Assembly (NCBI GenBank): GCA_965238075.1
Contig: OZ250173.1
Location: forward strand, 1,184,001-1,248,000
Reading direction: 5' to 3'
DNA length: 64,000 bases
Origin: Candidatus Entotheonellaceae bacterium
GTDB taxonomy: Bacteria; Tectomicrobia; Entotheonellia; Entotheonellales; Entotheonellaceae
The position numbers were made by a program, and so were the translations under genes. Below are positions 53,901 through 63,123 of this stretch, piece after piece (position 1 is the first letter of the stretch; every line of letters starts with the position of its first letter). Below the pieces are notes generated by a model that saw nothing but the letters and a program-made list of their open reading frames with translations, ran no database searches and had not been told where the DNA came from.

Positions 53901-54136
53901 AGCAACGTCAGACGCGAGCCGTCCTGCAGGGTGAACTCGCCGCCGGTGATGGGCTGAATGTCCAGGGAATTGGCCAGGCGGGCGAACTCGAGGGCGCCGC
54001 ACAGGTTGGTGTCGGTCAGGGCCAGGGCGCGGTAACCGTGCGCCTTGGCCTGCGTCAGCAATTCGTGGACGTGCGAAGCGCCGAGACCGAACGAGTAAAA
54101 GCTCTTGGCGTGCAGTTCGACGTACGCGGCACCCAT
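50990..54136 (-). CDS. dnaE2: Error-prone DNA polymerase III alpha (DnaE2/ImuC)
   Basis: PHP domain, GRGSS, PDIDLDF, SQHVGG, KIDLL, FPESH, NNQPMGFY, OB fold; downstream of imuB-like gene. Confidence 0.9.
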   Translation of the reverse strand: MGAAYVELHAKSFYSFGLGASHVHELLTQAKAHGYRALALTDTNLCGALEFARLANSLDIQPITGGEFTLQDGSRLTLLAKTRRGYTNISRLFTLASAVDRREPRLDPEHLPAHAEGVVLLCGGRGGRLSHLVQEGRRQEAARLLRACLAWYGSGSVYAELQQNFLRGDTARNRELSRLAREHGVPLIASNDVHYHAPQRYRLQNALVAAKHNLTIDQALPFISPNPHLSLKSPPQMAELFSDCPEALANSAHVAASCTFNLSTDLGYALPEPDVPMGYTPQSYLKQLCLEAAIRRYGSITPELEARLEEEMRLIQRHHLAGFLLLYREIVLIAQQLMQERGLTLPETPLEERTPGRGRGSSVSLLVGYLIGISHVDPLKWNLTLERFISEDMTSLPDIDLDFPRSLREALIERVHSHFGPDFAVLAGAIHTYTVKGIIQDLGKALGLPRKELSHLSKQLHSRDASDLRREMLALDTFRGRMRAPGWRDLLRLAPQLMGAPKLLSQHVGGMVLSSSPIPDMVPVRAGATRGRFIMDWDKDSVADAHFAKIDLLSLPVLDQLEEALDLIEAKEGRRPDLSRIDPDDPKVYDLINAGRSKGVFLLQSPAQLKMGQRLRSRNLLDLAYQVALIRPGVGTQGSAVSNFVERYRHGAPWDYDHPLEKRALERGYGIIVWQEQVVQLIMDVAGMSAAEADEIRRAFAKPNNRHLIAAHRQRFLEQARQRGVPKEVGEKIFGKINGHYMFPESHSFAFGITAYQAAWMKCYYPLAFFVALINNQPMGFYPLETLKQDARRFGVAFRNPCVNLSQADCVPEAGALRLGLRFIKDVGTSSARLIVEERQRGGSYGSAGDLVRRTGLKPQAVLSLVRAGAFDGLNSNRRAALWEAGLAVRPSHEGQVGLALKTEERVDGLADFTDYEKMAGEYRVMGIYPRGHLMEFIRPRLSKKVLPTVAVEACKEGEEVQVAGWPVARQHPRGKNGVVFVTIEDEHGDQQVTLWADVAERCRRQLRSQVVLVKGVVSRYDGTPNVIVSDLKAIDTRARMPEAHDWH

Positions 54137-54147
54137 GCGTCCTGCCC

Positions 54148-55440
54148 TTATGCGCCCTGACGGTACCAGCCGTTGTCCCTGTGGTTGCGGAACACCGTCA
54201 GTTGCCTGCCGTCACCGGGACTCATGCGGTAATAGGTTCGCGTCAACGGTTCTGGCAGCCACCACAGGTCGAACGACCAGCGGTCATCGATGCGGGCCAC
54301 CGGGCACCATTGCCGCTCCAGGCGAACTGCCAGCGGCTGCCGGTTCGGGCCTTCGCGCACCGCCACCGGGGTCGGCAGCGCCAGGGGCTTGATGGCGTCC
54401 TTACCCGCCGGGTCGATGGGGATTTGCAAGGCACGCCTTTCCGGCGCCGGATGCCAGGGGGCCACCGTGACCACGCGGTACAGCGCGTGACGACCCTGCA
54501 TGCGGAAGCGCAGACACCGTTCCGCCTCCAGCAGGCGGCGCTGGCGGTCCGCGTGCGGGGTCGGCAGCAGGCTCAACTGCACGCCCATCGCCGTGGTGAA
54601 GTCGGAAAGCGCCAGCTTGACCGCCTCGACCGGAGCATACGGCGGGTTACCCTCGACCTGATGGTTGACGATGAAAGCGGCGCGCTCCAAAGCGAGGATG
54701 TTTTCCTTGAAGTGGATGGTGTGCGTCCACGGCGGGGCGTCGCTGACAGCGCATTCCAGGTCGGCCCGACCCGGGCAGCGGCCGCGCATGCGGGGGTTCG
54801 CATAGGCCCGGCGCAACAGCGTGTCGACGGCGGCGCGCAGGACTTGCAGGGAAGTGGTGTGGAAGGGCAGCGACAGGCATTCGACGATGGGCTCCTCGCG
54901 CTTGAGCGGTATCACGGGGCTGTCGTCGATACCGCGGCACAGGCGCCACGCCCGCCGGCCGTCGAGGCCGAACTGGTCCAGGAGCTGCCCCTCTTGCAGG
55001 GCCGCCACGCTGCCCAAGGTGTGCAGGCCAAAGCGGCTAAGGCCGTCGCGCACCTCTTCGGGAACCGGTAGCAGATCAACGGCGTACGGCGCCAGGAAGC
55101 CCGGCGCGTCAGCGGGGACAGTGGTCACGCCCGTGCTGCTGCTCGCTGCCACAAAGGCGGGGAATTTGCCGTTTGCCACGCCGACGCGCAGTTCCAGTCC
55201 TTGCGGGATGGCGTCGAGCAGCGCCTTCAGCAACTGCGCCTCGCCGCCGTACAGCTTCTCCAGGCCGTCCAGCCGCACGTACGCGATGCCAAGCGCCGCT
55301 TCGACGCGGTCACTGATCGCTGCGAAACCGTCCACCACTTGGCTGAACACCTCACAGTCGTAGGACGCGTCGGTGTCCGGCATGGTGCGCTTATCGGCCC
55401 TGGCCTGCAGATGCGAAATGACGATACAAGCAACCCTCAT
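54148..55440 (-). CDS. imuB: ImuB-like inactive Y-family polymerase with C-terminal DUF6504-like segment
   Basis: Y-family-like core (L...G.HTLG.VA, QFG..G..AW.LCRG.D); C-terminal W..D.WW....RTYYR; precedes dnaE2. Confidence 0.7.
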   Translation of the reverse strand: MRVACIVISHLQARADKRTMPDTDASYDCEVFSQVVDGFAAISDRVEAALGIAYVRLDGLEKLYGGEAQLLKALLDAIPQGLELRVGVANGKFPAFVAASSSTGVTTVPADAPGFLAPYAVDLLPVPEEVRDGLSRFGLHTLGSVAALQEGQLLDQFGLDGRRAWRLCRGIDDSPVIPLKREEPIVECLSLPFHTTSLQVLRAAVDTLLRRAYANPRMRGRCPGRADLECAVSDAPPWTHTIHFKENILALERAAFIVNHQVEGNPPYAPVEAVKLALSDFTTAMGVQLSLLPTPHADRQRRLLEAERCLRFRMQGRHALYRVVTVAPWHPAPERRALQIPIDPAGKDAIKPLALPTPVAVREGPNRQPLAVRLERQWCPVARIDDRWSFDLWWLPEPLTRTYYRMSPGDGRQLTVFRNHRDNGWYRQGA

Positions 55441-55492
55441 GATACCCACCCGTTGATGGTTCAGCGTCTGTCATAGAAAACCGAGGGGTAAA

Positions 55493-55522
55493 ATGATAAT
55501 GAACATTTGTGCAGTATGTCAA
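55493..55522 (-). promoter_or_regulatory. sigma70 promoter with overlapping LexA-like box
   Basis: Minus strand TTGACA (55522-55517), 18-nt spacer, TATCAT (55498-55493); GAACATTTGTGC at 55501-55512 is a 1-mismatch GAAC-N4-GTTC. Confidence 0.65.
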
Positions 55523-55674
55523 ACAGATTCGACGAGGGTTGTGTCAGATATCGGGTTCCAGAGGATGGACGATAAACCGCAGGTTTACGGACACAGATGA
55601 TCGGGATGTTCAAGGGGTGTCATCGGGCGAGAGAATTCAAGGCGCGATATTCTGAAAGGATCAAAGAGCTCCCC

Positions 55675-57255
55675 TCAGTCCCTCTTGCGCAATTGAAAAC
55701 GTTGGATTTTACCCGTCGCCGTCTTGGGCAGATCGTCGACAAAATGAATCCAGCGGGGGTACTTGTAGCGTGCCAAGCCGTCCTGGCAGTGCGTCGACAA
55801 CTCATTCGCCATGGCGTCACTGGCATCGCCGGCGTCACGCAACACGATATAGGCCTCGGGCTTGATGAGGTCGTCGTCATCGGCACGGCCGACGACCGCG
55901 GCTTCGAGGACTTTGGGATGCTCGACGAGGCGGCTCTCGATCTCCACCGGGGAACACCAGATGCCGCCGACCTTCAGCATGTCGTCGCTGCGCCCGCAGT
56001 AGACGTAGTAGCCCTCGTCATCCTGCAAATAGGTATCGCCGGTGTTGACCCACTCGCCGCGCATCGTGGCCGCCGTTTTTGCCGGGTTGTTCCAGTAACA
56101 GCGCGCCGCCGAATCGCCTTTGACCAGTAAGCGACCCACCTCACCCGGCGCTACCGGGGCATCATTCTCATCGACAATCTGCATCTCATAACCCGGCACC
56201 ACCCGGCCGCTGCAGCCCGGCTTGTAGTCCTCAAGACGATTGGAAATAAAGATGTGCAACAGCTCCGTGGAACCGATTCCGTCCAAAATAACGAGGTTCG
56301 TCAGGGCCTGCCAACGGCGAAAAATATCAGGCGGCAGCGCCTCTCCGGCTGAGACGCAGAGGCGCAGCGACGACACGTCGCGCGGCGTCTGCTCCAGCTC
56401 TCGCAGTTGGGCGGCGTAGAGCGTCGGGACGCCAAAATAAAGGGTGGGCTTAAAACACTCGATAAGATCGAAGGTCACCTCTGGGGAGGGGCGCTGATCA
56501 CTCAACACCGCCGTTGCCCCAGCCCAGAGCGGAAAGGCCATGGCGTTGCCCAGACCGTAGGCAAAAAACAATTTCGCGGCGGAAAAACAGATATCCCCCT
56601 CGCCCATGCCCAGCGTATCCACCGCGTAGTGCACACACGTGACCACGATATCGCGATGCCGGTGCACGGCGCCTTTCGGTCGTCCCGTGGAGCCGGAGGA
56701 ATAGAGCCAAAAGCAGTCGTCATCCGCCGCCGCGGCGACCGCATCAAGCGCCGTCGAGGCCCGCGCCAAACGCGCCTGAAGCGCGGCATCATCACCTGCG
56801 GTCGCAAAGACTTGCGGACGCCGGGCGGCGGAGGCAAGGGCCGGCACCGCTTCCGCCGCATACTCCGGTGAATAGACGACTGCCGCACACGCCGAATCAT
56901 CGATCATGTATTGATAGTCGGGCGCGCGCAGCAGGGTATTGACGGGCACCGGTACGACCCCGGCCTTGATCGCCCCCCAGAACAAGTAAAAGAACTCAGG
57001 GCAATCCTTGACGATCATCAGCAGGCGATCACCCGACACGAGCCCCATCTCGCGCAAGACATTGCCACAACGGTTGACCTGCTCGGCGAGCTCGCCGTAA
57101 GTCACGTCGCCCGCAACGGTGCGAATGGCCGCCTTCTCCGACCGTCCTTCTGAGAGGTGACGGTCAATGAAGGGAACCGCCACGTTAAAGATCGGCGCAA
57201 ACGCGATCGTAGACGGCGTCGGGGCGCGATCAGCAACGACGGTATGGTCCTGCAC
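55675..57255 (-). CDS. Benzoate-CoA ligase family protein
   Basis: WLYSSGSTGRPKG, AKLFFAYGLGN, SAGEALP, DGIGSTE, LPKTATGKIQRF. Confidence 0.9.
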   Translation of the reverse strand: MQDHTVVADRAPTPSTIAFAPIFNVAVPFIDRHLSEGRSEKAAIRTVAGDVTYGELAEQVNRCGNVLREMGLVSGDRLLMIVKDCPEFFYLFWGAIKAGVVPVPVNTLLRAPDYQYMIDDSACAAVVYSPEYAAEAVPALASAARRPQVFATAGDDAALQARLARASTALDAVAAAADDDCFWLYSSGSTGRPKGAVHRHRDIVVTCVHYAVDTLGMGEGDICFSAAKLFFAYGLGNAMAFPLWAGATAVLSDQRPSPEVTFDLIECFKPTLYFGVPTLYAAQLRELEQTPRDVSSLRLCVSAGEALPPDIFRRWQALTNLVILDGIGSTELLHIFISNRLEDYKPGCSGRVVPGYEMQIVDENDAPVAPGEVGRLLVKGDSAARCYWNNPAKTAATMRGEWVNTGDTYLQDDEGYYVYCGRSDDMLKVGGIWCSPVEIESRLVEHPKVLEAAVVGRADDDDLIKPEAYIVLRDAGDASDAMANELSTHCQDGLARYKYPRWIHFVDDLPKTATGKIQRFQLRKRD

Positions 57256-57346
57256 GACGTCTCTCCATGGCCAATGGCCCTTTGACGTTGCCAGAGCATT
57301 TCCGTTTCAGATTGCATCAGGAAGATATTCGACAGCCCATACGCCC

Positions 57347-57457
57347 CCTCTCCCTGGCCCTTCCCCGCGGAGGGGGGAGGGGACGGAGGGCTGAACTCCC
57401 CTCGCCAAGGGAGTTTGCTCCCTCTCCCCTGGCGGGAGAGGGTTGGGGTGAGGGGGA
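57347..57457 (-). repeat. ~110-bp composite palindromic element, copy B
   Basis: Reverse complement of 44589-44697. Confidence 0.85.
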
Positions 57458-57494
57458 AATCCCGGATGACACGCCGTTTTGATTCGAAAGTGCT

Positions 57495-58922
57495 CTAGGA
57501 GGCAAAGCGAACGTAATCAAAATCAATAGGTTGGCCGTTAATGCCACGTGACGGGAGGCCGATCCAACTTGCCATCTCGCCCGGCGCCGTCACCGGTTTC
57601 ATGAGCGACTCGACAAAGCCGTGATCCGCATCTGACGGCAGCCAGTCATGGGTCTGACGCGCCCAGGCATCGGCCGACACAATGTTCCCGGCCGGGGAGA
57701 CTTCGATATCGGCAAACACGCCAATGCGACGGTTGAAGCCGCGGTGCGGCAAGGTTAATTGATAATCGACGCCACGCTGGGTAATGGCTCGATTCCACCG
57801 GTCGATGCCGCGCTGGCTATCGACGATAAACGCATCCCGCAAGCGCTCGTTGAGCGCCAGCAGCGCGGGCTGATCTTCACGAACAATCGTTCCATCTTGC
57901 GGCACATACACGGGCCACAGGTCCTCGGTCAGCCGGTGATCGTCATCAATGCGCGTTTCCTGAAACCGCCCTTTGAGCCCGGTGGTGAAATAATTGGCGG
58001 CATTGGTCGAGCGCTCCTGGCCAAAGAGATCGAGCGAGACGCTGTAGTGAAAATTCAAGAAACGCTGAATGGTGGGTAAATCAATGACGCCGGCGGCCCG
58101 GATCCGTTCAGGATCATCGGTTTTGAGCGCGGCCATGACATCGCACGTGCGTTCGACGACGCGCCGAATTCCCGTCTCGCCAACGAACATGTGATGCGCC
58201 TCCTCCGTCAGCATAAACTGACAGGTGCGCGCCAGCGGATCGAACCCGGACTCGGCCAGTGAGGCGAGCTGGTATTTGCCATCACGGTCGGTGAAATAGG
58301 TAAACATGAAGTACGCTAGCCAATGCGGCGTTTTTTCATTAAACGCCCCCAGGATGCGCGGTCGATCGGGGTCCCCCGAGTGACGCTGCAGCATCTCCTC
58401 CGCCTCTTCTCGGCCATCGCGGCCAAAATAGGCGTGCAGCAGATAGACCATCGCCCACAGGTGCCGCCCCTCTTCGACATTGATTTGATACAAGTTACGC
58501 AGGTCGTAGAGCGACGGACACGTCGCGCCCAAGTGGCGCTGCTGCTCCACCGAGGCCGGTTCCGTATCACCCTGGGTGACGATGAGACGGCGCAGCGCAC
58601 TGCGATATTCCCCCGGAACTTCCTGCCACGCCGGCTCCCCTCGGTAGTCGCCGAACGCAATGGTGCGCTCCGCCTGCGGCCTGGCAAGAAAAATCCCCCA
58701 GCGATAATCCGGCATCTTGACGTAGCCAAAATTCGCCCAGCCATCGCTTTCCACGCTCATCGCCGTGCGTAGATAGACATCATGGGTCAGGGCGCCTTCC
58801 GGCCCCAGCTCATGCCACCAGCGCAAATAATTCGGCTGCCACGACTCCAAGGCGCGCTGCAGGCGACGGTTGTCCGCCAGCGACACGTTATTGGGAATGC
58901 GTTCGCTATAATCGATGGACAT
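57495..58922 (-). CDS. boxB: Benzoyl-CoA 2,3-epoxidase subunit B
   Basis: IPNNV.L, VKMPDYRWGIFL, QGDTEPASVEQQ, EEGRH and EEAHH di-iron motifs. Confidence 0.92.
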   Translation of the reverse strand: MSIDYSERIPNNVSLADNRRLQRALESWQPNYLRWWHELGPEGALTHDVYLRTAMSVESDGWANFGYVKMPDYRWGIFLARPQAERTIAFGDYRGEPAWQEVPGEYRSALRRLIVTQGDTEPASVEQQRHLGATCPSLYDLRNLYQINVEEGRHLWAMVYLLHAYFGRDGREEAEEMLQRHSGDPDRPRILGAFNEKTPHWLAYFMFTYFTDRDGKYQLASLAESGFDPLARTCQFMLTEEAHHMFVGETGIRRVVERTCDVMAALKTDDPERIRAAGVIDLPTIQRFLNFHYSVSLDLFGQERSTNAANYFTTGLKGRFQETRIDDDHRLTEDLWPVYVPQDGTIVREDQPALLALNERLRDAFIVDSQRGIDRWNRAITQRGVDYQLTLPHRGFNRRIGVFADIEVSPAGNIVSADAWARQTHDWLPSDADHGFVESLMKPVTAPGEMASWIGLPSRGINGQPIDFDYVRFAS

Positions 58923-58924
58923 CC

Positions 58925-60625
58925 CTACACTCTTCTTTTGTCGAATGACGTCTTTTTTCCGGTGCCATACAGCGTCAGGGCACCGCCCTCGCCCACGGCG
59001 TTGGGCCGTTGGAAAATCCAGTTTTGCCACGCACTCAAACGGCCAAAAATCTTGCTTTCCATGGTTTCCGGGCCGGCAAAGCGCAGGCTCCCCTCCATAC
59101 CCGTCAACGCGTCCGGCGAGAAACTCGCGCGCTCCTCCAATGCTAAACGCACCTCGTCTTCCCAATCGATATCGTCGGGGATAAACGTCACCAGTCCAAG
59201 CGCATCGGCTTCTTCCGCGTCGATCGCTTCTCCGGCCCGCGTTTGCAAATACGCGACGTGCTCGGGAGCGGACAGAAAACGGCTTTGTAGCCGCGTCAAG
59301 CCATTCACCGTCGGGAAAGGCCCGAAATTCAGTGGGGAAAGTCGTATCGCAGCCGGGGGAAACTCGCTCTCTTCAAAAACCCCGTCAAGCATATAAACGC
59401 GGTCCGCCGCAAGCACCAATTCCAGCAACATTCCGGCAAAACAACTGCCGGGCTCGACCAAGGCCATCAGGCTGCGCGAACTGACCTCCAAGCGTTTTAG
59501 CGTTCGCTTCCAGTACAGCAGAATTTCACGCACCAGCCAGTCGTCAGGTTGCTCGATCAGAACCTTCTCCATCGCTTCCACCGATGCGTGCGCCCCCTCA
59601 CTGCGAAACACCCACGTGCCAATGTCGCCTTCGTTCAGGCGCAGATGCAGAATGGCGTCATCGAGCGTCCGCGTCATGGCCAATGGCCACCAATACACGC
59701 CGGCCTGGCGCATCGTCTCCAGCGTTGCCGGGGCAGCTTTGGCCGGCGCCTGGATCGTCAACGTCGCCGCGGCCAATTCCCGATCGATGTCAACGGTCAA
59801 GGTGTCATAGCAGATACGGTCGGCCTCGATGGTACGCGACAAAGGCGTGAGCGTGATGCCCGTCGCATCGGCCGGCCGGTTCGATTGTGCGGCGCGTTCG
59901 AGGGCCCGCGCACGCACCACCTCGTCAAACCGGGAGCGCGGCGCCAGGGCATCTACAAGTCTCCACTCCAGAGCCCGCTGGCCCCGCAAGCCCTCGGACG
60001 TGGTACAGAAAAAATCGGCGCGATCATGCCGGACACGACGTTTGTCAACGAGCCGTGTCAACCCGCCCGTCCCAGGCAGCACCGCCAGTAGCGGCAACTC
60101 CGGAAGAGACACCGCACTCGCGCCATCGTCAATGAGAATGATGTCGTCACACGCCAGGGCAAGCTCATAGCCGCCCCCCGATGCCGTGCCGTTCACGGCG
60201 CAGAGGTACGTCTGCCCCGAGTGCTCAGTGGCGTCTTCGATGCTATTTCTCGTTTCGTTGGTGAATTTGCAAAAATTAACTTTATGGGCGTGCGATGCGC
60301 TGCCAAGCATGCGAATGTTTGCCCCGGCACAAAACACCTGCGGCTTGGCGGATACGATGACCACGGCCGCAACTTCCGGGTACTCGAAACGCAGGCGCTG
60401 TACGACATCGTAAAGCTCGATATCCACCCCGAGGTCGTACGAATTGAGCTTGAGCTCATACCCCGGAACGAGCGGCGCCTCTTCTTGTACATCCAGCGCC
60501 AGCGTCGCCACCCGACCGTCAACCGTGAGCGTCCAGTGCCGATAGTGATCGGGATGCGTGCGGAAATCGACGAACGGCTCTTGTCGTGCCGATGGCGTCT
60601 GGGTGAGGCTATCGCGGGTCGCCAT
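58925..60625 (-). CDS. boxC: 2,3-epoxybenzoyl-CoA dihydrolase
   Basis: YELKLNSYDLGVDIEL, FCAGANIRML, KVNFCKFTNETRN, GRLSAWQNWIFQRPNA. Confidence 0.92.
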   Translation of the reverse strand: MATRDSLTQTPSARQEPFVDFRTHPDHYRHWTLTVDGRVATLALDVQEEAPLVPGYELKLNSYDLGVDIELYDVVQRLRFEYPEVAAVVIVSAKPQVFCAGANIRMLGSASHAHKVNFCKFTNETRNSIEDATEHSGQTYLCAVNGTASGGGYELALACDDIILIDDGASAVSLPELPLLAVLPGTGGLTRLVDKRRVRHDRADFFCTTSEGLRGQRALEWRLVDALAPRSRFDEVVRARALERAAQSNRPADATGITLTPLSRTIEADRICYDTLTVDIDRELAAATLTIQAPAKAAPATLETMRQAGVYWWPLAMTRTLDDAILHLRLNEGDIGTWVFRSEGAHASVEAMEKVLIEQPDDWLVREILLYWKRTLKRLEVSSRSLMALVEPGSCFAGMLLELVLAADRVYMLDGVFEESEFPPAAIRLSPLNFGPFPTVNGLTRLQSRFLSAPEHVAYLQTRAGEAIDAEEADALGLVTFIPDDIDWEDEVRLALEERASFSPDALTGMEGSLRFAGPETMESKIFGRLSAWQNWIFQRPNAVGEGGALTLYGTGKKTSFDKRRV

Positions 60626-60787
60626 TACTTCAAGGTCCCTTTCTCATGCTGAACGCAATTCGTCTATGAACCCGAGAAAACCCTGTCCAACCGGTCTCCC
60701 CGATGAGCAGGGGGACGTGCTCAAGCCCATGTTACCACCCGATCAGCCAAGAGGACCAAAAACAGCGTGTCGTTATTTTGAAGTATT

Positions 60788-62098
60788 TCAGGCTTGGGTC
60801 GTGCGGAGGGGGGAGGGAGTTTCGACGACTGGTGCAGACGCCGCGGCCTGGGCTCTTTCGTTCTGCGCCATCAGGTCCATGGCCAGCAGCGCCGACACCA
60901 GCCCGGCGGCGAAGCTGATCATCCAGGAGACGGCGTAGCCGTTCGAGATATCGTAGAGATAACCGCCGAGGAAGCCGCCGGTGGCCATGCCCACCATCGC
61001 AAAGCACATCTGGCCCGAATAGCCCGGCCCGAAGCCGCGCGACCCGTATATTTCGCGCGCTACCACGCCGTATTGCGTGTTCACGCCGCCATAGCCAAAA
61101 CCCCAGAACACCGCGTACAGGAAGAAGATCGCCGGGTCCTCGGCGTTAACCAGCCACAGAACCAAGGTGCCCTGTATGAACAGGGTGAAAATGAGTGTCA
61201 GGCGTGCGCCATGGCGGTCGGCGAAAACGCCCCAGGCGACCCGCCCGGCCACCGCCGACAGCGACATGAGGCCCAGCACCCAGGCCGAGGCGAAGGTGGA
61301 GAGGCCGGCGTGCTGGGCGAACACCACGATGTGCACCAGCGGCACGGAGTGACACATGCAGCAGAAGAAGTTAATGACGGCGAGGGTCCAGAAGCCCTCC
61401 ATGCGCAGGATGTCGCGCCACACCGAGCCCAGCGAGCGGGTGGGCCGCTTGCTGCTGGCTGTCGTCGACGCGGCGTCCGAAGCGGCGCCGAAGGGCACCA
61501 GGCCCATCTCGTGCGGATAGTTGCGGATGAACAGGCAGGCCAGCACCGATGCGGACGTTACCGTCAGGCTCAGCATCACGAACGCCGTCTGCCAGTCCCA
61601 GCGCAGAATCACCCAGGTGACCAGGGGCGAGAAGATAAACGGCCCCAAGCCGTTGCCGGCCATTGTCAGGCCCATCGCGAAGCCTTGGCGCTTTTCGAAC
61701 CAGCGGGCGATCAGAGCAGCGGTCGCAATCAGGAACACGCTGCGGCCCACCGAGGTCACCAGGCCGTACCAGAAATAAAAGCCTTCCACCGTGGTCACGG
61801 TGCTGGTGGCATACAGGCCGATGCCGTGAATCAGCGTGCCGAGCAGCAGCAGCTTGCGCACGCTGTGGGTGTGCATCAGCGATCCGACTCCCAGGATACC
61901 GAGGCCGCTGACGATGGCCGAGAGGGCATAGGTGAACGACAGGGCGCTGTGCGACCAGCCCATGTCGTCGGCCATCGGGTTGATGAACACGCCGAAGGCC
62001 ATCATGGTGCCGGAGGCCAGGAAGGTGATGAGAAAGCAGGCGGCCAAGACGATCCAGCCAAAGAAGAGTCGCTCGGTGGGGGCAATCTGGGGTGCCAT
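60788..62098 (-). CDS. MFS transporter (OFA/monocarboxylate-like)
   Basis: FFGWIVL, RWFEKRQGFAMG, PHEMGLVPFG; multiple TM segments. Confidence 0.85.
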   Translation of the reverse strand: MAPQIAPTERLFFGWIVLAACFLITFLASGTMMAFGVFINPMADDMGWSHSALSFTYALSAIVSGLGILGVGSLMHTHSVRKLLLLGTLIHGIGLYATSTVTTVEGFYFWYGLVTSVGRSVFLIATAALIARWFEKRQGFAMGLTMAGNGLGPFIFSPLVTWVILRWDWQTAFVMLSLTVTSASVLACLFIRNYPHEMGLVPFGAASDAASTTASSKRPTRSLGSVWRDILRMEGFWTLAVINFFCCMCHSVPLVHIVVFAQHAGLSTFASAWVLGLMSLSAVAGRVAWGVFADRHGARLTLIFTLFIQGTLVLWLVNAEDPAIFFLYAVFWGFGYGGVNTQYGVVAREIYGSRGFGPGYSGQMCFAMVGMATGGFLGGYLYDISNGYAVSWMISFAAGLVSALLAMDLMAQNERAQAAASAPVVETPSPLRTTQA

Positions 62099-62322
62099 TC
62101 ACATTATCCTATATTCACAGCGGGCTGCGGCGTTGGCAGTGTGGAACCGTCATTCGCCCGTGGCGCAGGGAGCGAGCATACAGGGCCGCAGCGCGCCCGT
62201 CAAACGGCGATACCGGCGCCATTTGACCGCCCCGGCGGACACCCCTTACAATCCTCTGATCCAATCCGAAAGCCCACAGACTGCCTTGTGCAAGGCCGGG
62301 GCATCTCTCCTGGAGTTTCTCG

Positions 62323-63084
62323 ATGAAGCTGATTTCGTGGAACGTGAACGGCATCCGCGCGGTGCTGCGTAAAAACCTTTTCCTGCCGTTCGTGGCGGAC
62401 CACGACCCGGACGTCATCTGCCTGCAGGAGACCAAGGCGCACCCGCAGCAGGTGGAGCTCGAGCTGCCGTCCCACCCCTACCAGTACTGGCACAGCGCCG
62501 AAAAGAAAGGCTACGCCGGCACGGCGATTTTCTCCAAGCGCGAGCCGGTGTCCGTGAGCTACGGCATCGGCGTGGCATCCTTCGACAGCGAGGGGCGCCT
62601 GGTCGCCGCGGAGTTCGACGACTTCTACGTCGTCTCGGTGTACGTGCCCAACTCCAAGCGCGACCTGAGCCGCCTGGATGAGCGCCAGGAGTGGGACCGC
62701 GCCTTTCTCGCCCATTTGAAGGGTCTGGATAAGCACAAGCCGGTCGTATTCAGCGGCGATTTCAACGTCGCGCACACCGAGATCGACCTCGCCCGGCCCA
62801 AGGAAAACGAGGGCCATCACGGCTATACTCGGGAAGAGCGCAGCGGCTTTGAGGGCTTCGTCAGCGCGGGCTTCATCGACACGTTTCGCCGCCTGCACCC
62901 CGACGAGCGTCACCAATACACCTGGTGGCGGCAGATGGGCGGCGCGCGTGAACGCAATGTCGGCTGGCGTATCGATTACGTCATGATATCTGCCGCCCTG
63001 CTGCCTCGCCTGGAGTCCGCCTCGATCCTGTCGGACGTATACGGATCGGACCACTGCCCGGTCGGCATTACATGGAGTCAATAG
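62323..63084 (+). CDS. xth: Exodeoxyribonuclease III
   Basis: SWNVNGIRA, CLQETK, YVPN, GDFNVAH, GWRIDY, SDHCP. Confidence 0.95.
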   Translation: MKLISWNVNGIRAVLRKNLFLPFVADHDPDVICLQETKAHPQQVELELPSHPYQYWHSAEKKGYAGTAIFSKREPVSVSYGIGVASFDSEGRLVAAEFDDFYVVSVYVPNSKRDLSRLDERQEWDRAFLAHLKGLDKHKPVVFSGDFNVAHTEIDLARPKENEGHHGYTREERSGFEGFVSAGFIDTFRRLHPDERHQYTWWRQMGGARERNVGWRIDYVMISAALLPRLESASILSDVYGSDHCPVGITWSQ

Positions 63085-63123
63085 CACCTTTATACCCGCA
63101 TCGCCTCTTGAGGAGAAAATGAC

